From contig JBEKVV010000002.1 in assembly GCA_049513715.1 (NCBI GenBank), positions 320,001 to 384,000 of the forward strand: a stretch of 64,000 bases of DNA, written 5' to 3'. This stretch comes from Candidatus Bathyarchaeia archaeon. Its GTDB lineage: Archaea > Thermoproteota > Bathyarchaeia > 40CM-2-53-6. The notes beneath the pieces were generated by a model that worked only from the letters and a program-made list of their open reading frames with translations, was not told the DNA's origin and made no database searches. The position numbers and the translations under genes are program-made. Positions 28,180 to 37,335 of this stretch are shown one piece after another. The first letter of the stretch is position 1. The number at the start of each line of letters is the position of its first letter.

Positions 28180-29454
28180 ATGCGTCTGACCATTGAGATA
28201 CCGTCGATGCCGAAGGTTCGTTTCAGACGCAAGTGGCTATTGGTAGCTCTGCTATCGTTGTTATTCCTGCAGCAGGCAACTCAGCCAGTCATCCTGTCGG
28301 TGCTCTCTTTCAAGATTCCAACGGTGTCAATGCCAATGATCAGGCCCGTGGCAGCCTTGGTTACTACGACAACTTCGGTGTCGCCTAATCCGTCAGCAGT
28401 CATAGTCGGCAACAACATTGCCTTTACGGCAACCGTAACTGATCCTTCAGGAAGTCCAATCACTCCTACTGGCAGCGTGAACTGGGATGATGATGTCGCC
28501 GGCGGCACCTTTAGTGAAAGCGGGAACTGCACGTTATCCCCAGTCTCGTCCTCAATAGGGTCGTGCACGATAATCTACACGCCTCCCAACGCTGCTGCGT
28601 CGGTTACGATAACCGCAGCATACCAAGGGGATGGCGTGCACTCTCAAAGCTCTGGTACTTCATCGTTGGCCGTAGCAGCTGAGACTCAAGCCACTGAGAC
28701 CTTCACTACGACTGTAGCTACTGAGTCTAGTACTTTGACGACTACTGTTGCAACAGAATATTCCACTTTGACGACTACGCCTGTGACTGAGTCTAGTACT
28801 TTGACGACTACTGTTGCAACAGAATATTCCACTTTGACGACTACGCCTGTGACTGAGTCTAGTACTTTGACGACTACTGTTGCAACAGAATATTCCACTT
28901 TGACGACTACTGTTGCAACAGAATATTCCACTTTGACGACTACGCCTGTGACTGAGTCTAGTACTTTGACGACTACTGTTGCAACAGAATATTCGACTTT
29001 GACTTCGCCAACTGTGACTGAGGTTTCGACTTTGACTTCGCCAACTGTGACTGAGGTTTCGACTTTGACTTCGCCAACTGTGACTGAGGTTTCGACTTTG
29101 ACGACTACTGTTGCATCATCATCAACATCATCAACATCATCAACATCATCAACATCATCAACATCGCATACGACCACCTTAGCGACCGTCCAGATCAACG
29201 TGAACCTCTTTCCGGGTGGTCCATTAGGAACTGTCTTGGTTCAGGTGTGTACTGTCGCAGATTGCTCTAGTGGTGTTTTGAATTCTCATTCAATCACGCT
29301 AAATGGGCGCTTGCAGGCTATAACGTTCGTAATCTCTGTTCCGCCTAACACAGTATATGTACAGGTCACTGGAATCTCAGCCAGCATTCACACCCAAACG
29401 AGAACTGTCACATTCGGGCCGTCCCCACAAATAGTAAACATTGTAATGTCCTAA
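28180..29454 (+). CDS. Surface protein with Ig-like domain and Thr-rich tandem-repeat stalk
   Basis: N-terminal TM; TTTSVSPNP..V.VG...FTATV.D...PTGSV.W...C...ITAAYQGD (Big_3-like); repeat region. Confidence 0.8.
   Translation: MRLTIEIPSMPKVRFRRKWLLVALLSLLFLQQATQPVILSVLSFKIPTVSMPMIRPVAALVTTTTSVSPNPSAVIVGNNIAFTATVTDPSGSPITPTGSVNWDDDVAGGTFSESGNCTLSPVSSSIGSCTIIYTPPNAAASVTITAAYQGDGVHSQSSGTSSLAVAAETQATETFTTTVATESSTLTTTVATEYSTLTTTPVTESSTLTTTVATEYSTLTTTPVTESSTLTTTVATEYSTLTTTVATEYSTLTTTPVTESSTLTTTVATEYSTLTSPTVTEVSTLTSPTVTEVSTLTSPTVTEVSTLTTTVASSSTSSTSSTSSTSSTSHTTTLATVQINVNLFPGGPLGTVLVQVCTVADCSSGVLNSHSITLNGRLQAITFVISVPPNTVYVQVTGISASIHTQTRTVTFGPSPQIVNIVMS
28699..29115 (+). repeat. 33-bp coding tandem repeat, 12 full units plus a partial unit, three main variants
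   Basis: Units encode TLTTTVATEYS, TLTTTPVTESS and TLTSPTVTEVS. Confidence 0.95.
29116..29166 (+). repeat. 9-bp coding microsatellite (TCATCAACA)n
   Basis: About 5 copies encoding SST repeats. Confidence 0.9.
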
Positions 29455-29514
29455 TCTCCGACGTTCCCCCAACCCCAGAGATTCCTGATCGTCTACTGAA
29501 CGTCTGGGGAATGC

Positions 29515-29663
29515 GACCCCATCTAGCCTGTCGTCATCGACATTCGTGCCACCTGGACAGATTTCACCCACACGGTTTTCGTTGGGAATCAACCCTCGCA
29601 GGAATCATCATAGGCCTAGCAACACTCGCAATCACCAGACGACACCGCCACGAACGAACCTAA
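29515..29663 (+). pseudogene. Orphan, frameshifted C-terminal sorting/anchor segment of a surface-protein paralog
   Basis: SSLSSSTFVPPGQISP /fs/ HGFRWESTLAGIIIGLATLAITRRHR* matches SSLSSSTFAPPQQLPAIPGFPWESIIIGVIVGLTILGIARRRR of 25041-27584. Confidence 0.8.
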
Positions 29664-29772
29664 CACCCAAGAAGCGCAACCTATCCATCTCAAAGTACTC
29701 GACTTGGCCGCGCACGTCGGGCACTTAAGGGCCTAGTCATTTTCACTTGAAGGCCCAATTGAGTAATGCCTT

Positions 29773-30018
29773 TCATCCCGTTCTTTGCGCTCTTGAACTT
29801 TCAGGCGAAACTTGTTGACTAGCCCGGGCTAAATCGTCGATAATATTCTTTGGTATAATCTCTCGTTTGGATTTCAAAGCCTTAGAGAACTCGTTCGCTG
29901 TCGCCTTAGCAATCGCATCTGCGACGCGCTCGTACTGCATCGACCATTTCCTAACCATTGTTTCATCAGGTTTCTTTCCTAGCTTCTCGCATTCCCTAAT
30001 CTCTTCGAGTGCCTTCAC
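29773..30018 (-). CDS. Hypothetical protein (possibly a 5'-truncated remnant)
   Basis: Charged helical ORF; the frame stays open upstream to about 30123 without a canonical start. Confidence 0.35.
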   Translation of the reverse strand: MKALEEIRECEKLGKKPDETMVRKWSMQYERVADAIAKATANEFSKALKSKREIIPKNIIDDLARASQQVSPESSRAQRTG

Positions 30019-30222
30019 TATGGGAGTTGAATACCTAAAGATACGCGTCAGTTCACGTGGATCGATGCCCCTGCTCCTGATGGCACCGCTCGGATATCTG
30101 ACATTATTCAGTGCAATAGGCTGTTAACTCTGAGCCCGTAGTCTTCTAGAAAGTGACATGGTTTTGCGTGTTTTTGCGGGTAGGTTTATCAACGCAAATT
30201 CCGTCTCCCACCTCGATTAGCG

Positions 30223-30783
30223 TTGAAAGTCAAATCATTGGTCACATTCTGCATAATGTTCGCAGCTCTTCTGGCGATATCAAGTATCGGTGCCGTTGCT
30301 TCGTCAACTACCCCACAAGACTCATCCACTCTATCCTTCACCGTTACCACAACTACGAACTATCAGGTGACCAATGGTGGGCCTTTGGCTGTAAACTTCG
30401 ACTCAATTCAGTATACTCAGATGCCACCACAGGCGTACTCGTTCGGAGTCTTCGCCAAGACCTATCCTGGGTTTTGGATTACGAACCTTCATTGGGTATT
30501 TGGAGACGGGGCGATCAAAGATGTTCCTTACTGCTGCCAAACCCAGGTAAGCGAAGTCCAATACCATGCCTATCCTGCGCCTGGGCAGTACACGGTTTAC
30601 GTGGTTGCGTACGATAATGCGGGCAATTTCGGAACCGCTCAAGTGACCGTCAACTGGGCAACACCGATTCCGGAGTATCCCAGCTACGGCCTACCACTGA
30701 TGGCGTCGATTCTGGTCTTGATCGTGGCGCTAGCGTCGCTCCGAAAGCTGAAATCAACATCCATCCCAACCCTTCGCCTCTAG
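30223..30783 (+). CDS. Secreted PKD-domain protein with PEF-like C-terminal anchor
   Basis: Signal peptide; W.FGDG...HAYPAPGQYTVYV; IPEYP + TM + basic tail. Confidence 0.85.
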   Translation: MKVKSLVTFCIMFAALLAISSIGAVASSTTPQDSSTLSFTVTTTTNYQVTNGGPLAVNFDSIQYTQMPPQAYSFGVFAKTYPGFWITNLHWVFGDGAIKDVPYCCQTQVSEVQYHAYPAPGQYTVYVVAYDNAGNFGTAQVTVNWATPIPEYPSYGLPLMASILVLIVALASLRKLKSTSIPTLRL

Positions 30784-31271
30784 ACAGAATGACTCTGCTA
30801 TGGATCATGTCCCTGACTTCGCCGTCGAACCAGATTTCGTTAAATCTCTTGGCTCCTCGTTGAATCGCGTATAGGACTGCGAAACGTCGGTCGGGGTCTC
30901 CCGCCTTAACCTTCTGCGCGCTGTTCGAGTGTACCTTCCGTCCGTGATGGGTACATAGGTACACCAGTAAACCTATTTACATTTTCAAACAGCAGGCAGG
31001 TGAGCATCCAATTAACCCAGCCAGAACTGGAAGGGAGCCATTATGCAACCCGAAACGACATCATCCCGCCCACCAATAGGCTACATTTCAACCCACAGGG
31101 GGCAGAAAACGCACGTTACACGAGTGCCTCGATCGGAGCCTCTGATTGGTTAGGCTAACCGCTTTTGGCTTAGTTTTTCCTTGGTTTTTTTTCGTCTAGT
31201 TTAGAGATTGCCTGTTCGTAACGCTCAAAATGTGTATGTGATTATATCATATGGCATGGATCAAGTGTTGC

Positions 31272-31648
31272 ATGGACAGTGAAATTCAGGCACTATTCAT
31301 CGCGTCAGTCGATGAAGTCCTAAAAGACCTGCTAGGCATCAAAGTACGGCAGACAATTTACAACTGCCTAGAGGAGAAAGGTATTCGCAGAGAAGAAATG
31401 CCCAGTCATCTCGATCACCTAACTCCTTCCTAGATCAAAACCTTGGCGAAGGCGGTAAAATCGTTCAGAAGCATATTGCTAGGAGACTCTACGCAAAACT
31501 CGGATGGCAAATGGTTGATGTTCCGACTTCTAATCTCTCAGACTACGTTGAACAGGCTTCACAGAAAATTCGCAGACATGTGAATTGGCAAACACCGGAA
31601 AACCACTATGCCGAACTCGATGATTTGCTGCCAAATCCGATTCCTTGA
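31272..31648 (+). pseudogene. Frameshifted DUF3227-like archaeal protein
   Basis: SVDEVLKDLLG.KV...IY..LE..GI.REE.P /fs near 31423/ FLDQNLGEGGKIVQKHIARRLYAKLG. Confidence 0.65.
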
Positions 31649-31916
31649 ATTCTTGTGATCCCGCATTTCGCAAGTAACCGTCAACCGGTTCACGCCCATT
31701 CCAGAATAACTCCAGCTACCCTCTACCCTTGCTAGCCTCACTCCTCGTATTGTTCATTGCATTGGCATCCCTACGTAGAGTACGAGCTCCTTTCCTTCCA
31801 ACGCGTGCATAAGGGCTAAGTTTCGACAAACGCGCCTTGGGCGTGCACCCTGAATATCCTGTGAGCAACTTGGCCTTCAGCATTCCTGCAGGTGCGCAAT
31901 CTTCTCACGAAATTGT

Positions 31917-32273
31917 TTGTGGTCCCATCTTGCGCGCTTTGGGTGGCCAACACTAGTGCTCACGCGGCCTTCACTATCCGATATCAAAAAAATACAGGAA
32001 CAAATGCAGTTAGAGTACATCTACAATTCGAACTCCATCGAAGGCAACACGTTAACGCTCAGAGACGCTCAACTCGTCTTAGAGGAAGGAACAACAGTCG
32101 GCGGCAAACCACTACGAGAAATCCTAGAAGTCAAAAATCATCCGGAAGCAATCACTTATGTCGAAACATTGGCCAGCGGCAACGAACTCAAAGAAACAGA
32201 CATCCTAACGCTCCATCAGATACTCATGAAAGACATACTCGGCGGTACAGGTCGGTATCGAACAGGCGGCTAG
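31917..32273 (+). pseudogene. Truncated Fic family protein (N-terminal half)
   Basis: YIYNSNSIEGNTLT...REILEVKNH...ILTLHQILM...GRYR, then a stop before the HPFxDGNGR motif. Confidence 0.8.
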
Positions 32274-32393
32274 ACGCGCCAGTTACCGAACAGAGCCACT
32301 TTCACGCTAGAAAGCAGCAATATCTCGCCCGGAAAAAACTGCTATTCGTCAAGAGTAAAGAAAAGCGGAGAGAGAGTGGGTGGTGTTCGTGGC

Positions 32394-33860
32394 CTATGGC
32401 ATGGGGTGGACCGGGAAGTAGTAGATGAAGAATGCGAGGGCTAGGAGCACGTTCAAGGCGAGTACAGGCTTCCCTAGCCCCTTTGGAAGGAGCTTCCAAG
32501 TGAAAGCCAATCCGAGTGCCACGAAGGGCAGCGTGTATATCATGTAATAGTTGAAGCCAATCCTCCTCACAAGTATGCTCAACGCCAGCCATGGAACGTA
32601 GTTTAGAATCATTCCGCTCAAAATGAACAGGGCGGTGGCTCGTGTGTCTTTTGCTGCTTCGCTGTCGGTTCGTTTTCTTTCTTTTGGTCTTTCTGTGGGT
32701 ACCGTTGTTTCTTCTTTGGGTTTCCACCTTAAGAGGACGTAACCCAACCCGACCAGAGCGGGCCACAACCCGTACCAAAGCGCCAGGTTCGCCTGTGCGT
32801 GGTACCATATCGGAATGTAATGCGTAGCGGCACCGCCGGTCGTGACTTCTACGTCAACCCTGAAGTACGTTGGCGCACTGAACGGGTCCGGTTGCTGAAA
32901 TGTTCCATTATGAGGTACTGGGTCGAAGGGAAGGATCCAGTTCCATGCGTATTGGTATGGGGCGTAAGGTTCATCGATCACTATGCCTCCCGGTCCGTGG
33001 TACTGGTAGATGAAAACCAGATGGTGATACGCGTCTAATATCACGTCTTTGCTTGTGCTCAAGGATGTGCTATAAATCGTCGTAATGGGTTGTCCGTTTC
33101 CGTTCAGCACAATCTTGGCATTCACGCTGCTTGAAACTGAAACCGCTCTTGGAGGTTGATACCTCAAATCGTAGGCGGTCAACAGTATGAATAAAACCAG
33201 CACCGCGACGACAGTGTACCGTATTGCGATCTTGAGCGGGACGGACTTCCGGATTGGCCTCAAGGATTTGCGGTTAACGTAGAGGTGGTATATGCCTAGT
33301 GCTGCGAATAGGAAGATGCTCATCTCTCTAGAAATGAAAGCTAAGCCCATGCTGACCGCTGACCAGCCGTAGTGTTTCCTGAAGTACAATTCGACCGCCA
33401 AAAAGCCGAAGAGGAACATTGGCATGTCAATGAGCAGGCTTCCGCCGTGAATGAAGAACACCGTATCCAAACCCAGAAGCATTGTTCCTCCTAAGGCCCA
33501 AGGGTCGCCGAGGAAACGTTTCGCAATCAAATAGATCAGGTAGAGTGCAGCTATTTCCATTATGACTGAGGGAAAGCGCCAAGCGAACCAGTTGTTTCCG
33601 AAGATGGCTATGCTGATTGCGCCTATGATCTTGGGCAGTGGAGGGTGTTCGGCGTTAGCTGCAATTCCGTTCAACGTTGCAACGCTGGCAGGAACGTAGT
33701 GCGCTTCGTCAAATATCATCGAGCCGTCTGATGGGAAAGCGATTTGGAGCATGTGGACGGCGAAGTAAAGGAGCAGGAAATGCTCTATGCGGAATTTACC
33801 AACTAGCTCCTTGGCTCCTCGCCATATGTAGGTTGGGTCGATTTCAATTTGAACTTTCAA
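32394..33860 (-). CDS. GT39/PMT-like glycosyltransferase (GT-C fold)
   Basis: FDEAHYV, EHPPLPK, WRFPS, many TM segments. Confidence 0.85.
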   Translation of the reverse strand: MKVQIEIDPTYIWRGAKELVGKFRIEHFLLLYFAVHMLQIAFPSDGSMIFDEAHYVPASVATLNGIAANAEHPPLPKIIGAISIAIFGNNWFAWRFPSVIMEIAALYLIYLIAKRFLGDPWALGGTMLLGLDTVFFIHGGSLLIDMPMFLFGFLAVELYFRKHYGWSAVSMGLAFISREMSIFLFAALGIYHLYVNRKSLRPIRKSVPLKIAIRYTVVAVLVLFILLTAYDLRYQPPRAVSVSSSVNAKIVLNGNGQPITTIYSTSLSTSKDVILDAYHHLVFIYQYHGPGGIVIDEPYAPYQYAWNWILPFDPVPHNGTFQQPDPFSAPTYFRVDVEVTTGGAATHYIPIWYHAQANLALWYGLWPALVGLGYVLLRWKPKEETTVPTERPKERKRTDSEAAKDTRATALFILSGMILNYVPWLALSILVRRIGFNYYMIYTLPFVALGLAFTWKLLPKGLGKPVLALNVLLALAFFIYYFPVHPMP

Positions 33861-34362
33861 CTTTCACAGCCTTCACAAGGATCCTCGGGAAAGATAGGGA
33901 GGGTGCGAATAACCGCACGACCCTATCAAAGAAGCGTGTGCAATAATCCGTATCGATAAGCCTGAGCTCATCAATCTTGAAACCACAAAGGTCCATGAAA
34001 TTTCGCATATGTTCCTCTGTAAAGAGGGCGAAGTGCCTGTCCTTTCCACCGTGCTTTCGGTACCCGCCGGTGTGAGTGCCCAGAATATAATACTTTAGAC
34101 AGGCTGCATTGTCCGTAATTATCGTTAGGGTTCCATTGATTTTCATAACCCGTCTGATTTCGTGCAAATGCTGTGCTGGGTTGGGCAGGTGCTCGAACAA
34201 GTTTCTCTCATATACTTCAGTGAACATTGAATCTTTGAAGGGCAGGCGCTGGGAATCTCCAACGACATTTGCTCCTTTCGTCGGGAACAAGTCCAAGCGT
34301 ATGTCACCGTAAGTGTCGTTTCCGCAACCGAGGTTGAGTTTCAATTTATTTTCGTTGTTCAT
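33844..34362 (-). CDS. Class I SAM-dependent methyltransferase (type 11)
   Basis: LNLGCG, LPFKDS.F, FEHL.NP...L.EI.RV.K..G. Confidence 0.85.
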   Translation of the reverse strand: MNNENKLKLNLGCGNDTYGDIRLDLFPTKGANVVGDSQRLPFKDSMFTEVYERNLFEHLPNPAQHLHEIRRVMKINGTLTIITDNAACLKYYILGTHTGGYRKHGGKDRHFALFTEEHMRNFMDLCGFKIDELRLIDTDYCTRFFDRVVRLFAPSLSFPRILVKAVKVESSN

Positions 34363-35509
34363 CCAATGTTCCTTCCAACAAATCGATGTGAGTCTTCCAG
34401 TTGAAAGATGAAGCCCACGCTTTCGCATTGCGTGACATTGCTTGCCACCTACTATTGTCTGAGAGGAGTATGTCGAGTTTCTTAGAAAAGTCGTCTATGT
34501 TGTATGGTTTTGCGTGGAACCCCGTCCTGCCATCTTGGACTGTTTCCGCTACGCCCGCGTCACCCCAAACCACTGCTGGGGTTCCATTCAACTGCGCCTC
34601 GACGGGGCTTAGGCCGAAGGGCTCTTGAATGCTTGTCTGAATGTACGCTCTCGCTTCAGAATACATTTGCACCAAGGTCGCGTCGTCAACATAACCTGTG
34701 AACCGGATACGATCGCTTAGGCCCGATTTGGCAGCTGCGTCAATTAGAAATTTCGTGTGCACTGTCTCCTTTCCAGTAACAAGGAGTTCTGGTCTGTTCG
34801 TTCTCAGCCCTTTAAGAACCGAGAAGGCGAGGTCGATGCGTTTCCAAGGATAATGCCGGCTTGCAATCACGACAGTGTTTTTGCGCTTGGAAGACTTTGC
34901 TTTCAGGGGCGTCTCGACGGCAGGATAACACACCTCACCCGTGAGTCCGTACTCTTTCTCGAACAGTTTCCTCGTCCAACGACTATTGAAGAGTAACGCT
35001 GATGCATTCATGTGGCAGAGCCTGTCCAAGTGGAGTGCGAGCTTCTTGGCGAACACACCGAGTAACCCGTCGAGTAGTAAGAAGTCTCCTCCCGACGCCC
35101 ATTCTCCCGCAGTGTCAGGCCGACGATGTATGAATGTGGTTAGTTGATGCAGATAGCCGACGTATGGTGTGCCGAATAATGTGTTCACCCGGTAGCCTAG
35201 CCACATGCTCGGCTGGGAATGACATAACATGACATCGCAATCAGAGACCTTCTTTACACCAAATGGGATTATCGCTGACGCTAGCATACTTGAGCCTTCC
35301 CGGAACGGAAAGGGCAGTGGTAGATGTGGGACGAGGCGTTCCGGCTTAACCTGAGCAAGCAAATCTGGAAAGCATTTGTCCCAGTAGATAATTGGCGAGA
35401 AAACCTTCACGATATGTCCGCGCTTTCGTAGGAACCGCGCTTGCTCCAGGGCTACGCGCTCGCCGCCTCCAGAGTAAAAGAAACCCATGTGGATAATGTT
35501 GATTTTCAC
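34346..35509 (-). CDS. GT4 glycosyltransferase
   Basis: GGGERV, KRIDL, EPFGLSPVEA, ETVQDGRTG. Confidence 0.92.
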   Translation of the reverse strand: MKINIIHMGFFYSGGGERVALEQARFLRKRGHIVKVFSPIIYWDKCFPDLLAQVKPERLVPHLPLPFPFREGSSMLASAIIPFGVKKVSDCDVMLCHSQPSMWLGYRVNTLFGTPYVGYLHQLTTFIHRRPDTAGEWASGGDFLLLDGLLGVFAKKLALHLDRLCHMNASALLFNSRWTRKLFEKEYGLTGEVCYPAVETPLKAKSSKRKNTVVIASRHYPWKRIDLAFSVLKGLRTNRPELLVTGKETVHTKFLIDAAAKSGLSDRIRFTGYVDDATLVQMYSEARAYIQTSIQEPFGLSPVEAQLNGTPAVVWGDAGVAETVQDGRTGFHAKPYNIDDFSKKLDILLSDNSRWQAMSRNAKAWASSFNWKTHIDLLEGTLDEQRK

Positions 35510-35661
35510 TTCAAGTGCCTCATACGACGGCGGCGTCCGCAGTGTACTCGCGCGCTGGCTCTGTTTCCTAACTGGCGCTTTCCGGTTTTTGGTTTTAAAT
35601 AGGGCTTATATATGCAGGCTATTTACGGGTGATTAAATCCCCAGTATATAAGGTGGCCAAC

Positions 35662-36243
35662 CTGCCCGTCAAGAAAGTGTTCATCAACATTGAAAACGTC
35701 GTAGCGTCCGCGACTCTTCATCAGAATATTGATCTAAATTCGATTGTTCGCGTTTTCCCAGGCGTTGAGTACAGGCCTGAACAGTTCCCAGGCCTCGTTT
35801 ACCGCCTCAAGAAACCTAAAACGGCCACCTTGATTTTCAGCTCAGGCAAAATGGTCTGCACAGGCGCCAAATCCGAGCGCCAAGCGAGGAAAGCAGTGAT
35901 GAAAGTTGTCGATGAGCTCAAGAGAAACGGAATTGTTATTCTCGGGAAACCCGAGATTCAAATCCAAAACATCGTTGCCTCCGCAGGTCTGGGCGGCGCC
36001 ATCGACCTCGAGAAGTCCACCTATTCTCTTAAGCGCACAATGTACGAGCCGGAGCAGTTCCCAGGCCTAATTTACCGCATGGACGACCCAAAGGTTGTGA
36101 TTCTTCTATTTGCAAGTGGCAAGCTCGTCTGCACCGGGGCCAAGAAGGAAACTGAGGTTCACAGGGCCGTGGCGATTCTTCAGGGAACCCTTGAAGAAAA
36201 AGTCCTCATCGCCTACGAGCCAGCACTACCCACACAATCATAG
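35662..36243 (+). CDS. tbp: TATA-box-binding protein
   Basis: Two repeats of NVVAS/NIVAS, Y.PEQFPGL.YR and IF.SGK.VCTGAK. Probable CTG start at 35662; the ORF track start is 35629. Confidence 0.97.
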   Translation: MPVKKVFINIENVVASATLHQNIDLNSIVRVFPGVEYRPEQFPGLVYRLKKPKTATLIFSSGKMVCTGAKSERQARKAVMKVVDELKRNGIVILGKPEIQIQNIVASAGLGGAIDLEKSTYSLKRTMYEPEQFPGLIYRMDDPKVVILLFASGKLVCTGAKKETEVHRAVAILQGTLEEKVLIAYEPALPTQS

Positions 36244-36316
36244 GTGCCCCCTTAGATTTTCTAGTAAGAAAAAAACCTGAAATACGAAACAAGAATCACG
36301 GTTCTACTGATGGGGC

Positions 36317-37069
36317 TTGGTGGAGTGCGATAGGTGTCACAGAAAATTCGCAACCTATGCTGCACTTAAACAGCATTACGAGAACCAACACACCAACGCC
36401 AAATGGCCAGCCACACTCGAAAGCAAGTTGAGTGAAGAGCAGAGCCTACAAGCCTACAAAGCGAATCAGCACCCAACTCGAAGCTCGCACACCAAACTAA
36501 TCATAGCTGCAGTCTTGGTTTTGATTGTTGCTGGCGCGAGTATGGTTTATTTGCCCAACGTGTTGCAGTCAGGCGGAACCAGCAATTGCGCAGGTTTTCC
36601 TTTTCCGCCAATAGGTGACCAAAGCCTTGCGGAGCACTACCATGCCTTGCTCTTGATTTACGTGAATGGAGCGCAGCTCAATGTACCACCCAATGTGGGT
36701 GAGGGCGATGGGGGGCCTTGCACTCAGCCTCTCCATGTTCACGTGAACGAGCCTGACACGAACGTTATCCATATTGAGTCGCCCCAGTTGAGAAGTTACA
36801 CGATGGGAGATTTTTTCAAGGTCTGGGCTGCAACTCCAAGCATTGGTCCGCCAACTCCCGTAGTATTCAATCAAAACCAAATATTCGGTAACAGCGTTGG
36901 CAATGGTTACGAGCTGAGAATGTACGTGAATGGCCAACGGTCGGCCGCTTATGATTCATTGGTCCTTCAAAACCACATGACCATCATGGTTGTCTACGGA
37001 AACTCTGCCACAGAATGGTCTCACTATCAAACCCTTTCCGGTGAGCCATGGCCGTACCCGAACTATTGA
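36317..37069 (+). CDS. C2H2 zinc finger + TM + extracellular His-rich domain protein
   Basis: CDRC..F....L..H...H, TM segment, HYHA...C..PLHVH...IHIES. Confidence 0.7.
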   Translation: MVECDRCHRKFATYAALKQHYENQHTNAKWPATLESKLSEEQSLQAYKANQHPTRSSHTKLIIAAVLVLIVAGASMVYLPNVLQSGGTSNCAGFPFPPIGDQSLAEHYHALLLIYVNGAQLNVPPNVGEGDGGPCTQPLHVHVNEPDTNVIHIESPQLRSYTMGDFFKVWAATPSIGPPTPVVFNQNQIFGNSVGNGYELRMYVNGQRSAAYDSLVLQNHMTIMVVYGNSATEWSHYQTLSGEPWPYPNY

Positions 37070-37114
37070 GATCGCAATCAAGTTCTACACGTACTTCGGG
37101 TTTCGAGCCAAGCC

Positions 37115-37327
37115 GTGGAAATTCCGGAGCCATTACGGAGGAAATATCGAAGATTGGGGGTTAAGGCGGCCCACCCTGTTACAGGAATGTTCGATATTAT
37201 CGCATTCATCGAAGCCGCGGACATCAACAACCTAACGGGTGCGGTGCGGACGAGGATGCAGGCGATTGATGGAGTGCTTCGGGCTCACATTGCCATCGTT
37301 GGCGAACTCGTGACTGCTGGCGACTGA
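37115..37327 (+). CDS. Lrp/AsnC ligand-binding-domain protein (possibly truncated)
   Basis: GV..AHPVTGMFDIIAFIEA.D...L...V......IDGV. Confidence 0.65.
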   Translation: MEIPEPLRRKYRRLGVKAAHPVTGMFDIIAFIEAADINNLTGAVRTRMQAIDGVLRAHIAIVGELVTAGD

Positions 37328-37335
37328 AAGCGTGG

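Noticed and set aside
28699..29166. Possible CRISPR array
   Set aside because: The units are contiguous with no unique spacers, are in frame within a protein, and no cas genes are present.
28686..29198. 170-aa Val-rich antisense ORF
   Set aside because: It is the antisense reading of the Thr repeat.
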